Shown here: positions 1-13,035 of the stretch, piece after piece
Layout: each line of letters starts with the position of its first letter
Numbering within the stretch: position 1 is the stretch's first letter
NCBI GenBank assembly: GCA_964016885.1
Contig: OZ024742.1
Location: 66,154,001 to 66,218,000, forward strand
DNA length: 64,000 bases
Direction: 5' to 3'
Source: Eledone cirrhosa
Lineage: Eukaryota
The notes under the pieces: generated by a model
The model's database searches: none
What the model saw: only the letters and a program-made list of their open reading frames with translations
Told to the model about the DNA's origin: nothing
Translations under genes and position numbers: made by a program

Positions 1-784
1 TACGTATTTTCAGTTCATTTTAGGATGAGGTTTACGATTTAATATTTTGGCATGAAGATGACCATCATCTCAAGTTGCTCACATGATATTATCGGGGTAT
101 CAAATAACAAAGCACTGTAGGGGCAGTGTAGTCTCTTGTTTTGAAACAGACTGCACTCGATATAATACAAAGGCATATTTCTCAATGCGTCTAATATCAT
201 GAATGTTTACGCCGTTATAAATATATATATATATATATTTAACATATGTGAATTCGACATGGTCCCCACTGCATAGACCTTCGGGCATATGTGTGTTAAC
301 ATAATCTCAGGTCAGGCAAATCTTCGTAAGTGAAATTAGTGAAATTAGGTAGACGAAAAATGCTTAAGGAGCGGTCTAAATGCATGGTTTCTCGAATTCA
401 AAGGTGCAGGCTTGTAGCATTGATTCCTTTTAAGATTTATGATAGGTTACATGTATGTGAGTGAGTGTGTGTAGAATACCAGCAACTAATTAAAGTATTA
501 CACTGTTCGTATGCATATAGTGACACAAATTCATGCACACATTTGATTGTATCTGTGTCTCAATATCCGCTGTGAATATGTGTGTGTGCTTGTGTTTATG
601 GCTATGCCCCAGTCTCCGAATATTTCATTAAAGACTTTATGTTTTTTAATTAGTTTTTTTATAACCTCTGTCGACCATTAATTTTCCAAGGTCGATCGAC
701 GTTTCAAGCACATTACCGTCATATCGTCTGTATGAAACGTTTGTAGCGGTGACATTTATGACTTCTATTTTAATGATAAAGTAT

Positions 785-1100
<316 letters not shown>

Positions 1101-1911
1101 ACACACAACTATTCATAGCCTCCTGCAGAAATAATTCTGAGTTTATAACCCTATAGATAGAGAGCACGCACTGGTCTAACAGGGGAAGAGAAAGTATAAT
1201 GAATCGGATTAATTTTAGCACCATTTATTTTTAGTGCTGTCTCAACGAAGCAAATTCTCTGGGTGAAAGTGACAAATACGGAGGTAGAGATATGTAGTCA
1301 AATATATAGAGAAATAAAGAGGGCTAGGGTCATAGATAGATGAACAAGAGACGTATATAGAGAAAGGTTGATATGTGAATGAATCTATACAATTAATAGT
1401 TAAATTTCAGCTAACTATGCTTTGGACCATTACAGGCTTATGAAACCGACTCAGTCAAGCATTGACATCACAGTAACAGACAAAGGAGAGCGGAGAAAAT
1501 GTCAAAGGAAATGTGTAGTATTGTATGAGAAAAGTCACAAACATTAGTTAATTTCTAGCTAATATATTGAAAAGAGAATGTAGTAAATATAGATTTGGTA
1601 AATAGTTTTCGAGATGGGCCAATTAATTTAACATACATTACTTAAATCCATTAAAACCATATATTCAGCGCCGTTGTATCATAGACAAAAGGTAGCTCAC
1701 GGGTACAACGTTACATTTCACCCATTTCATGTTGTAGCATCTTAAAAATATTTTGGCTCACATGTGATGATGTAATTTAAAATACAATATACCGGGAAAT
1801 GGGAAAATAACTGACCAAAATGCCTTCTCTCCTGTTTCCCAGAGCTAGTATGAGGTCGGCTAGTTTGCTAGAAATCAAAGTCAGATCTCCCAGAAAACAT
1901 GCTACATTGTC

Positions 1912-2140
1912 TTAAACCTTTGGCATTTGCATTACTCTATTTATACTATTGTATTTTTGTGGTAAAGGCTTTATCTTATACAATTATCTCACATAATATC
2001 GAATCCATGAGCTTTTGATATTATTTATTTTGAGAACAATACCTCAATGTCAGTTTGAGAAGCCAGTTACAGCCGATTTGAACAGAAAGAGGTCAGGAAA
2101 TTCTGGCCAGATATGGCTGGTTTGCATGCTAAAGTGTTAA
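1912..2140. mobile_element. Degenerate piggyBac-type MITE
   Basis: TTAA at both ends; imperfect terminal inverted repeats TTAAacctttggcatt ... atgctaaagtgTTAA; no ORF. Confidence 0.45.
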
Positions 2141-3532
2141 CTATAAAGAGGCATACATTTGATGAATTAATTTAAGATAGCGAGTGGGTGAATATGAATA
2201 ATAACGGGGCGATGGCTAGAGGAATGCCTACATCTAGGTGTGTTCGATTATTCTCGAATAGATTGCTAACTAGACGATATTGAGGCTCTCGTAAGCCAAT
2301 TAGATGGAGGGAAATACATAACAGTTCATTGGCGCAGGAATCGTTGTAGCAATATTTGAAAATATAGTTTAGAGCTATAGTGTATTTCATCATGACTAAC
2401 AGTATGGCGAACGAGGAGAATAACAAGGCTGAAGAAAGGACAGCAAGGCCGCACTTTGAACATCTTTGATGATACATCCAACTCACTGAGGACTGAGCTG
2501 CATCAAAATAGCACCATATATACCTTTGTTAGTATCTCTACCACCACTAGCACTACTACATCCAGTTCAAGAAGGAGCCTGCTAGAAATAGAACGAAATC
2601 TATGTTTTCCGCAACTTAGTCACATGAAAGTAAATGACACAATCATTACGTAATATTAAATCATATATAAAAAATGAGATTTTCATAGAACGCATGTCTA
2701 TTCGTATGTCTACTCTATCAGGGCTGACCTAAGTCTACACAAGGACACCATCAACACAAGCAACAATAGTAGCAACAGCAACACAAGTAAGCGTGAATGA
2801 GAGCGTTCAACCTCATAAAATTATTAGTTGAATCTCTTCAAATTCCAACACGAACGCTTTATTAAAAAAGAGCTTATTAGATAACGTTTTTCTTTATTAA
2901 CTGTGACTGCATAACATATGAACTACCCTATTGAAACGTTTTTCATAGTACATTAGTTCGATTATGACTAACATTGGTCTAGACAAGAACACCAACGACA
3001 GAGCCAACATTAGGAATTATGAAAATTATGAAAATGATACTTTAGGTAAAATATTCAGAGACAGCAGAAACCAATAAAACATTCACCATGATGACGTCAT
3101 CGTCAGCATTAGTGTCCGCCATATTTCTGATCAAAGACATCACGTGTACATGTGTGCATATATGTGTATACGTGATCATATATGAATATGTGTGTACATG
3201 TGCGTGTCTACTTGTTCTTGTTCCTGTATGTGCATCTCAGGTTTAGTACTAATGCCCCAAGACATTTAGGTTGGAGCGTTGGGATGTGTGAACATATATG
3301 AGTTTATTTATTTGTGTTTTGTCTACATGAGAGTCTGTGATTATATTTAAGCCTGCATATTTGTGTGTACTTTCTATATTTGTCATTTTACCTGTACGTC
3401 TTTAGGTATAGTGGGAGTGTATGTTCTCGAAGATTCTTATTTAAGAATGTTTGTAAATATGCATGTGTAAATATGCTTCTCTCTCTCTCACTCTCTCTCT
3501 TTCTCTATGTATATACATATATATGTAGAGAG

Positions 3533-3608
<76 letters not shown>

Positions 3609-3669
3609 CATATATATATATATATATATATATAAATATATAAATATACATATACGTATATATGCATAT

Positions 3670-3721
<52 letters not shown>

Positions 3722-3756
3722 CACAGGAATCAAAGTTATGTTCAAACCATTTATTA

Positions 3757-3801
3757 GCTTACAATTGTTTCATCGAAACCGAGGCTTGGGTGCTTCGGAG
3801 C
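3757..3801 (-). ncRNA. Degenerate type I hammerhead (U4C core)
   Basis: RC: gct CCGAAGC ... GAAA caattg TA agc; A9 mutated; homolog of 45797-45841. Confidence 0.45.
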
Positions 3802-4766
3802 ATTTTTCAATGTTTGTATACATACATGTCCTCCTTTCCAACGCAAGAGACATACAGATGCATATGTATATATTGATGTACAGTGGGGTGACATATATTA
3901 TTTCTAAATGGCAATTTAAATTCAAAAATTAAAATCATATTAAAACAGAAACAAAGCAAAATTAAAATTAAAATACAACATCGGCAGTTAACGTAGATAA
4001 TGCAAGAGGATAGTTTGTTAGTCAGTTGTAGTAGTTATTGTATGCATTAGTTACACGTGGGGCATGCATGTGTGTCTTATTTATATCTGATTATTGTGCG
4101 ACAGGGTGTTATATGCAATACAAGCACTTTAAGCGGGTAATCAAGAGTATTATGGAGTGGTAAGGTATTTTTTGTGTATGATAAAGAAGCTTGTGTGCAG
4201 AGAAATAGTATAAATGAGAAGCAAAATAATGTTATGGTTTTTGTATACACCACCATTTTTACAATTCAGGAAACGTAATATATAGTTTATATGTCCTTCA
4301 CATAATTAACGATGATTCCGTATTGGATGTTTGATGTATTAAGTTAAATTGTTTTAGCTTGTTGCGGCTCAGTGTTCTTTAATCCAATTTTATAGAGCAG
4401 GTTGTTTCTGTTGCGAGAATTTACATCGTTTTATTATCCGGAAGTATGTGTGTGATTAAGGGGAGTTAATGCGTGAGGGAGGTAACTAGCTGATTCTATA
4501 ACTAAATTTATTAATCCAACATACATTAAAAGGTGTCTCAATTGAGTCCCTTATATATACGGTTATATGCAGTTACCAGATTTAAGTATCCTATCTTTAA
4601 TTACAGTCTACTCTATCATGAAGTATTAAAGGTACCTATATTAGAATGATTACTCCCTATCATAGAGTGCTACAACTGAATATTCCATACGAAGAGTCAG
4701 CTCTACATATCAAAGTTCTTTGTAAATGTAGTCTACTCACAGAACCTGTCAGGGGCCCTATTAGAA

Positions 4767-4868
4767 CCATGTCTATATAACCCCTGTTAAGCTCTGGGTC
4801 AGCGTATGGCTGATTAACCATGTCTATATAACCCCTGTTAAGCTCTGGGTCAGCGTATGGCTGATTAC
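4767..4868. repeat. Exact 51-bp tandem duplication
   Basis: accatgtctatataacccctgttaagctctgggtcagcgtatggctgatta occurs twice in tandem. Confidence 0.92.
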
Positions 4869-5515
4869 ATGGCAAAGTTAAATATCGCTAGTGTAGACCA
4901 AAAAACATTTCTCACTTACAATGTCATTAATCTATCTATCAAGTTATACATGTATGTATAACTCACATACCACTTATACATAATTCATTGTACTCAATAT
5001 ATAGGTTATACAGCTCTTATATGTTAATAAATTAATCCTCTATTTATCTAATGATAGCACTCCATACATACAACAACATTTGCACAAATAATACATTGCT
5101 GAATTCGGTGTCTAAAGTTTACATATAATTATATAGTGATATAATACAGTCTAAGTAATTGAAAGTAATTATACTAAAAGTAGGTGTACATGGGGATATT
5201 TCTAGGGTAAAAGGTTTTAGATAGATGGCACGAATTGTGTTAAGATAGGGTGGATCATTGAGTGTGGAGTTGTGGTGTAAGGTGTGCCCTTGAGGTGTGT
5301 TGCTAGAAGTGGTGATGGGTTCAAGCCTGACATTGCTATATATTGGGTTTAAAGTTTTGGAAGGAGTGTCGGAAGCGGTGCTGGCATGACGCGAACACTT
5401 CCGATTTTTTTATTAAGGAGGTTATGTTTGAGAAGATAATTGTATGGGTCTCTAGTAGACACATATATATATATATATATAAAAATATATATATGAATAT
5501 ATATAAATATATATA

Positions 5516-5556
<41 letters not shown>

Positions 5557-5868
5557 ATATAAATATATATATATGGGTGTGTGTGTATGTGTGTGTGTCT
5601 ATGTGGTGTGTATATATTTGTATGCATATATTATACGTCGATTGCCGGAATTAGTAGACTGTGCTTTGTGTGTATTTGCATATGTTTTTTTTTTTATAAT
5701 TGTGTGAATGTTTGCATCTCTGCTTGATTTTGGGCAGCTGTGTGTGGGAATGTTGATGTTATATGTCTATGTGTGCTTACCTATGTCTGTATATGTATGT
5801 ATCTGAAAGTATGTATGAATGTATGATTATATGCAAACTCTCTCTCTCTCACTCTTTCTCTGTGTATG

Positions 5869-5982
<114 letters not shown>

Positions 5983-6563
5983 CGTGTGTATATGTCTACT
6001 TATGTACATTTGATAGCTATAATAGTAATTCAATTTATTGATACATACAATCAACATGTTGTATTTCACCTGAAGCTCTATTCATCTCTCAAGAGGTTTT
6101 CTCCTTTATCTTAAAGTTTAAATTGTCTGAACTTACTCTCTAGAGAGAAGGCTCTACATGTTCATACTCTCTACTAGATCTAACAGTCAAATCTTAAGAT
6201 CCTACACTTAATTTGTTTGATATAAGTTAAGATACGTTTATAACTTCCTCGCCATAAAAGTGTTTGTTACATTCGTTAATTTTGCTGTGATTTTATGTTA
6301 CATCTTTGTGTGAAAAATACCTCCTACAATGCTAGGTGATAAAATAGTTAAGGGTAATGTTAAAAAGATTAAGAAGTCTATGACGTGCAATAAGATGAAA
6401 TAAAAAAAAAAATCAGCACCAATGAACATCGTTAAATTTCTAGTATTTCGACTGTAATAGTGAAAATATTTTCATATGTTTGTAGTGTCACATATTTGTA
6501 AAACCCATGACTGCATTAAATGTGTGTCTAGAGAAAAGGTTATAGAATCTAGTCTACAGAAAT

Positions 6564-6707
6564 AATTGTTTCTACTTTTGGCACAAGGCCAGCAATTACC
6601 CAGTGCATTGCTGGTACTTTATTTTATCGAACCCGTAAGCATGAAAGGCAAAGTTAACCTCGGCGGGATTTGAACTCAGAATGGCAAGGGCCGTAACTCT
6701 ATGCGTC
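6564..6707 (-). mobile_element. tRNA-derived SINE with Meta-type central domain
   Basis: RC has B box GAGTTCAAATCC, core GCCTTTCAT..GGTxCGATAAAATAAAGTACCAG and tail CCTTGTGCCAAAAGTAGAAACAATT. Confidence 0.85.
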
Positions 6708-7068
6708 TAATATGCATGAAATGACACTGACTATATGAGTATTAATTTAGGACTGTGATGCCTTATATCTTAATAAAACGTTACAACCTCAAGAATCTTA
6801 AGTTCAGGTGTTAATTGACGATGGTTGATAGGACACATGAAAAAAACTAATGAATGAAAGAAGTTGTAACGATGACCGTGTCATATACTGTGAATAAACC
6901 ACCGTTTTCTGAAAAAAAAAAAAAAAAAAGGATCTACGCTCACAAGAGTGCCAGCCAGATGCCACAATATAACCGTTTCAACGACAGTCTCACCAGGAAA
7001 TATACAACGAAGAGGGTAAAGGAATAGTAATTTATGAATTAAAATATAAAGGTAATGGCCATAGCATT

Positions 7069-7084
7069 TGTAGTAGTAGTAGTT

Positions 7085-7134
<50 letters not shown>

Positions 7135-7397
7135 TATAGTAGTAGTAGTAGTAGTAGTAGTAGTAATAGTAGTAGTAGTAGCTATCGGTAGAGGGTCGGA
7201 CGCCATGCTTTCCAGCATAGTTACGTCCCTTTACCATCTGAGTTCAAATCCCGCCGAGGTTGACTTTGCCTTTCATCCTTACGGGGTCGATAAAATAAAG
7301 TACCAGTAATGCACTGGTAATTGCTGACCTTGTGCCTAAAGTAGAAACAATTATTATTATTATTATTATTAGTAGTAGTAGTAGTAGTAATAGTTAC

Positions 7398-7434
<37 letters not shown>

Positions 7435-7452
7435 ACAGTGCTGGTGGTTGTT

Positions 7453-7493
<41 letters not shown>

Positions 7494-7705
7494 TGTAGCA
7501 GCAGTAGTAGTGACAGTGCTGGTGGTGGTGGTGGTAGTAGTAGAAGTATTAGTAGCAGTAGTAGTAGTAGTGACAGTGCTGGTGGTGGTGGTAGTAGTAG
7601 TCGTAGTAGTAGTAGTAGTAGTAGTGGTCGTGGTAGTAGTGACAGTGCTGGTGGTGTTGATGGTGGTGGTGGTGGTGGTGGTAGTAGTAGAAGAAGTAGT
7701 AGTGC

Positions 7706-7768
<63 letters not shown>

Positions 7769-7796
7769 TAGTAGTAGTAGTAGTAGTGGGTAGTAA

Positions 7797-7829
<33 letters not shown>

Positions 7830-7871
7830 AGGTAGTAGTAGTGGTAGTAGTAGTAGTAGAAGTAGTAGTAA

Positions 7872-7908
<37 letters not shown>

Positions 7909-7910
7909 CG
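7069..7910. repeat. Compound (GTA)n/(GTG)n microsatellite with a higher-order AGTGACAGTGCTGGTGGT unit (4 copies)
   Basis: Directly visible; source of the poly-S/V/T/L ORFs. Confidence 0.95.
7186..7370 (+). mobile_element. Meta-type SINE inside the (GTA)n tract
   Basis: tRNA-like head, GAGTTCAAATCCCGCC B box, GCCTTTCATCCTTACGGGGTCGATAAAATAAAGTACCAG core, (ATT)n tail. Confidence 0.9.
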
Positions 7911-8143
7911 TAGCAACAGCAGCATATGTTAGTTATTTTGTGGCGGTGCATATCTTTTTGTCCTTCAAATTGTGTTATAGTCCGTAACTGAACGGCTGAA
8001 CAAATAGAGACCGTATGAATAACCACGAAAAGTTTGAATCATCCGGATTGAGAGTAGTAAGTTATTGAAATATTTATAAGAAATGAAGATATGTATAGAA
8101 AAAAGAGAGATACGTTCAATATATTTATAATAGAGCATATTTA

Positions 8144-8353
<210 letters not shown>

Positions 8354-8354
8354 T

Positions 8355-8442
<88 letters not shown>

Positions 8443-8443
<1 letters not shown>

Positions 8444-9158
8444 AATATGGGTGAGAAGAATACTGCTGGTTGCACATGGATAACATGTTATAAAATGAGT
8501 CCCTCATCAGTGATTTACCAATCGATCATGGGTATTTCATCGCATTAAAAATCATATACCTCACGTTGGACCGATAATAACTAAAATAAGTTATTAGGAC
8601 AATAGAAACGCGTAAAGCGAGAGAGACAAGTAAACAACACAGGGGGAAGCTAACCGAAGATGGAAATAAACACAAGCAACATAGTTATTCTTTCAGCATA
8701 AGCTGTGTGAAAATATGCGCGAGTCTGAAACAGACCTTTCGCTAGTGAATTCGGTGTTAGAAAGAAGGAGAACCGTTTTCAGAGCGAACGGGAGGAAGAA
8801 AGAAGGGGAGAAACAGGGACTGGGTGAGTGGGAGTGCGAGGAAGAGGTCAGTAGAGAGAAAGTGTTAACTGACATGGCAGAGGGGACGAAAGAAAGTAAG
8901 AGAAACAGAGAGAACGAGGGAGCAGTAAGAGAGAAAGAGAGAAACACAGAATTGCAGTTTGGGTAAATATGGGTGAGAAGAATACTGCTGGTTGCACATG
9001 GATAACATGTTATAAAACGAGTCCCTCATCAGTGATTTACCAAACGATCATGGGTATTTCATCGCATTAAAAATCATATACCTCACGTTGGAGCGATAAT
9101 AACTAAAATAAGTTATTAGGACAATAGAAACGCGTAAAGCGAGTGAGACAAGTAAACA
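8443..9158. mobile_element. Non-coding unit with ~194-bp direct terminal repeats (period 522) in (TA)n; PLE pLTR or retrozyme-like
   Basis: 8443-8636 nearly identical to 8965-9158; related inverted fragment at 15281-15380. Confidence 0.65.
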
Positions 9159-9308
9159 TAGATATATATATATGTATATATTTTTTTTGGTATATTGTTG
9201 GTTGTTTACCGATACCTCAGTATGCAGATTGGAGCACTCGACCGGAGTAATGTAAAATAAAGTAATTAAGTCAAATATTTAAGATTTGGCTTCTTTTATT
9301 AAAAATGT

Positions 9309-9363
9309 ACTGCTACATATATTTCGGAGACAGCCATCATTGGCTGTGACCTCTTCAGGCAGT
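9309..9363 (-). ncRNA. Type I hammerhead ribozyme
   Basis: RC: actgc CTGAAGA ggtcacagcc-aatgat-ggctgtctcc GAAA tatatg TA gcagt. Confidence 0.85.
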
Positions 9364-9516
9364 TCGAATTGGTGTGGTAGAGACTGGTACTCATGAATCA
9401 TATGATTCCAGTTCCTCAGAGAAATAACAACCCAACCAGGAGCTGGACATATCGGCGTATTGATGGAGTAAAACATTTTAACAACATGAGTACCTGTCTC
9501 TTCCACACCAATTCGA

Positions 9517-9571
9517 ACTGCCTGAAGAGGTCACAGCCAATGATGGCTGTCACCGAAATATATGTAGCAGT
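9517..9571 (+). ncRNA. Type I hammerhead ribozyme
   Basis: actgc CTGAAGA ggtcacagcc-aatgat-ggctgtcacc GAAA tatatg TA gcagt; perfect stem I, short near-palindromic stem III. Confidence 0.88.
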
Positions 9572-9916
9572 ACATCTTTAATAAACGAAGCCAAATCATA
9601 AATATTTGACTTAATTACTTTATTTTATATATATATATATATATATATAATTAACGGCGATGAATTAGTTTTGCGAGGTTCTTTTATATGAAATCGTGTG
9701 TCGAAACAAATATTGTTATACTTGGGGAGGGTCATATTTGTGTAATATTGCCAGAATTAATAACAGAATACACTCACTGTTTGGTTGGTTTTCGCTTTTC
9801 GCTTCTGTGTCTTTTATATGGGTAACCTAATTTACTCGGTCCTCAATGTTGTCATTGACTGACCGACGGTCAAAAATAATACAGATACAATAAGACACAA
9901 ACACATATATATAGTT

Positions 9917-9960
9917 TATCATAAATCTTTCGTTGCACATCTGCAACATCGTCAGTGGTG
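9917..9960 (-). ncRNA. Minimal type I hammerhead in the PLE 3' region
   Basis: RC: cacca CTGACGA t gttgca-gatg-tgcaac GAAA gatt TA tgata; stem I is weak. Confidence 0.7.
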
Positions 9961-10205
9961 CTATTATTTCCTCCCGTTGTGTTGTATGTCTACGCCATTT
10001 TTATTCAGCCTGTCTATATGTTTATTTATTTATTTGCTTGTTTGCTTATTTTATTTTGTCTTCTTTGCGCATGCGTTTGCGTGTGTGTATAGTGTTTTGT
10101 TTGATGTGTGATGTGTGTTCATGATTGGGTGACTAGTGTGTGTTTATGTGCTTGTGTATGTATATATTTATTTATTTATTTATTTTATTTTATTTATTTA
10201 CTTAT

Positions 10206-11090
10206 TTATGCTTCTCTTAGGTCAGTGTTGTTTGTTTGGGTGTTGTTGTTATTCCATTCATTCTTTCTGTTTAGTCTTGGTCTTCTAAGTTCTATTTCAC
10301 TGGCCTCTCTGATTTGCCTATCTGCTGGGTCATTTCTATGTTTAGATATTATTCTAATTTCTATGTTGTCTATGTTACCGTCATGTTGTTGTCTGGCATG
10401 TTCGTATAGTACTGACCCGTTTTTTCGTCCTTTTAGTTCCCCCCAGTGTTGGTTTATCCTTTCACCTATGCTACGAGCTGTCTCACCTATGTATGTTGTT
10501 GTCATGTTTATGCAAGTACCCTCTGTACATCTTATGCTATAGACTACGTTTCTAGTTTTACAGTTTATCCGGGGGTTTACCTTACATATGATACATTTCC
10601 TATTGGTACAGTGGGTTTTCTTAAAAGTGTAGGTTTTGCTGATCAGGAATTTTATGGTGGTTCCTGGCTTTCCTACCACCTTAATTTTTAAGTGGGTCTT
10701 TCTCAGGGCCTTTCTACACTGGTTAGCTAATTTCCCTCCATGGGTAGCGTCCACAAACATGAGACTCTGGTATCTCTGGTTGTCGTACCGTGAGGTGGCT
10801 TTCCCTATCTTATGTCTAGCCCTATCTAAGCTATTCCATGATTTGCTCCTGTATAATGGGCAAATTCCTTTCATGTCCAGTTCTATGAGGGTCTTATACT
10901 TCTATGTGGCTCCTTCGTATACTCTGACTCTGTCTCTTTGGTTGTAGCCAGAGAACTGCATGCGGTTGATGAAGTGTTGGATGTGTCTTTTCATTTCTGT
11001 TGGGTCGCACATGCGGGACACATTCTTCATCACTCGTACCAAATCTGCGATCCGAATATTAAACTGAGCAGTACTGGACATTGCTGAGTT
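10206..11090 (-). pseudogene. PLE RT thumb, CxxxxCxxC linker and GIY-YIG endonuclease; one in-frame stop upstream of ORF 10206-10874
   Basis: HCTNRKCIIC; NVVYSIRC...YIGETARSIGERINQH; RQIREASEI..P.LN; upstream ADLVRVMKN..RMQFSGY. Confidence 0.9.
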
Positions 11091-11254
11091 TTTGAGTATC
11101 AGTCAATGACAACATTGAGGACCGAGTAAATTAGGTTACCGATATAAATGACACAGAAGCGAAAAGCGAAAACCAACCAAACAGTGAGTGTGTTCTGTCA
11201 TTAATTCTGGCAATATTACACAAATATGACCCTCCCCAAGTATAACAATATATA

Positions 11255-11295
<41 letters not shown>

Positions 11296-11303
<8 letters not shown>

Positions 11304-11420
11304 ATAGTCAGGACTCCCACGGCTGAGCTCCGGCCGTTTCGACAGCTAAATCCGAACATTTCGGATCTAACTATGTAAACGGTCGGAGCTCAGTCGTCGG
11401 AATCCCGACTCTTTTCATAT
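11296..11420. repeat. ~60-bp-arm hairpin; family also at 43783-43842, with its tail at 11436-11490, 42646-42700 and 43741-43780
   Basis: gaaaatagtcaggactcc..gagctccggccgttt..tccgaa versus ttcgga..aaacggtcggagctc..gactcttttc. Confidence 0.75.
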
Positions 11421-11658
11421 TAAACACTATACTAACCTACGTATTGAGTACTCTGGTACGTTATGGCCGAACTGGTATCTTAATACACTCTCTTTATATG
11501 CATATATTGAGTTGTAACATAAAGTCCCGCCGTTGTTATAAACCTTCTTAATAAGAAAACGGCGGGAATGTATGTTACAACCCAATATATATATATCATA
11601 CATACCCATATCCACACACACACATATATGTGTGTGTGAGTGTGTACATATGCCTCTG

Positions 11659-11775
<117 letters not shown>

Positions 11776-11812
11776 TAAAATAACAGTCTTCAAATTTATT
11801 ATTATTACTATA

Positions 11813-11851
<39 letters not shown>

Positions 11852-12131
11852 TTACACATGCGAACATTTGCCAAACAAGTTTTTGAGTTTGCTGACTGAA
11901 CGAATTGGTAACGGCTGGATCCAATAAAATATGAGACAAATGACTATATATTCATATATTCAGTCACGGAAAATGTGTCATATATGATTTCTGTTATAAC
12001 TCCAAAACCATTCCTCCGCTGAATAACAAATTGTAAGTGATGCATATGAGCATGCTTGTATATTCAGATAAGAAACTACTTTCCGAAATGATTTCATTTA
12101 ACTATCGTTCGCTTGTGTAACAATCAATGTA

Positions 12132-13035
12132 CTTCTTCTTCTCCGCCCACTTATTCCTGAGAGGTTCGTGGGGGCAGAGTCATCAAACACTTCTCCCAGG
12201 TGGTTCTGTCAGAAGCAAATGTCCCCAACTGATCCGGCTGTATCCCCAAGTTTGACCAGCTATGCTCATGAATGTTGTCCATTCGTCTTGCTGGGGTCTA
12301 CACATCGGTCTCCTGCGGATCTGTTTCGCCCATATAATCCGTCCAGCGATTCTTTCCTGAGGCATTCGAGAAAGTAGTGGCTCTACCTGGAATGACTCTC
12401 TGATATCCGAGCCACGCACTCTATCGAGTAAAGTTACTCTGAAGAGTCTTCGGAGGAACCTTATTTCGGCCGCTTTTATTCGCGATCGTATTATTTCGGT
12501 CATTACCCAAGATTCATAACCATAGGTAAGGTTTGGCACAAATACAGAAGTGAAGCGAGTTTGGCTTTTACAGCTACCTCTTTTCCACTGATTACTGAAT
12601 TTTGAAGCTGGTATATTACTGCAGCAGCTCCTGCAATTCTTGCACTTAATTCTCCTGCCTTCCACCACGCGTGATCTCGACACCGAGATACTTGAACTTC
12701 TCTACTGCTTCAGTGGAACTCCATTCACATGTAGCGAGCACCGCGCAGGCTTCCTTTAGAGGACGAGTGTCTCAGTTTTCGCCGGACTGATTTTCATTTC
12801 AGCCGAGCAGCAATAGGCATCTAACCTATCTAGTGTCAGTCGGAGATCACCATTTGTCGATTTAAGTAACTCCATATCGTCAGCAAATTCTAGCCGACTG
12901 ATTCTACACACCACAGTCATGATGCCCCTTCAAACCCGGCTGCGCATGTCAACCCTGTTCATGTAAATAATGAACAGGAGAGGTGACAGTACGTACTTTC
13001 AGTGGAGTCCAGATCCCACATTGAATGGTTTCGAA
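12132..13035 (-). mobile_element. 5'-truncated RTE-clade LINE (RT C-terminal half)
   Basis: FVPNLTYGYESWVMT..RIKAAEIRFLRR; RC contains LSPLLFIIYM, LEFADDM and FKYLG; (GAA)n tail; same family as 63379-64000. Confidence 0.88.

Larger units (their letters stand above)
3718..5460 (-). mobile_element. Highly decayed Penelope-like element (RT/GIY-YIG remnant plus 3' pLTR)
   Basis: 3718-3835 is homologous in inverted orientation to 45765-45880 and carries an HHR-like motif; minus-strand peptide [11 protein letters not shown] resembles the PLE RT motif YGLPKxHK; flanked by (TA)n. Confidence 0.45.
9195..9630. mobile_element. Fold-back PLE pLTR-type unit, family A copy 1
   Basis: Inverted arms ~9253-9395 and ~9486-9628; homologous to 26730-27172; in (TA)n. 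Confidence 0.8.
9650..11252 (-). mobile_element. 5'-truncated Penelope-like element with 3' pLTR and inverted 5' pLTR copy
   Basis: GIY-YIG ORF; 9712-9861 is repeated inverted at 11101-11252; HHR downstream of the ORF; (TA)n on both sides. Confidence 0.9.

Noticed and set aside
7221-8026. Long poly-T/S/V/L ORFs resembling mucin or membrane proteins
   Set aside because: Trinucleotide repeat open in several frames and interrupted by a SINE
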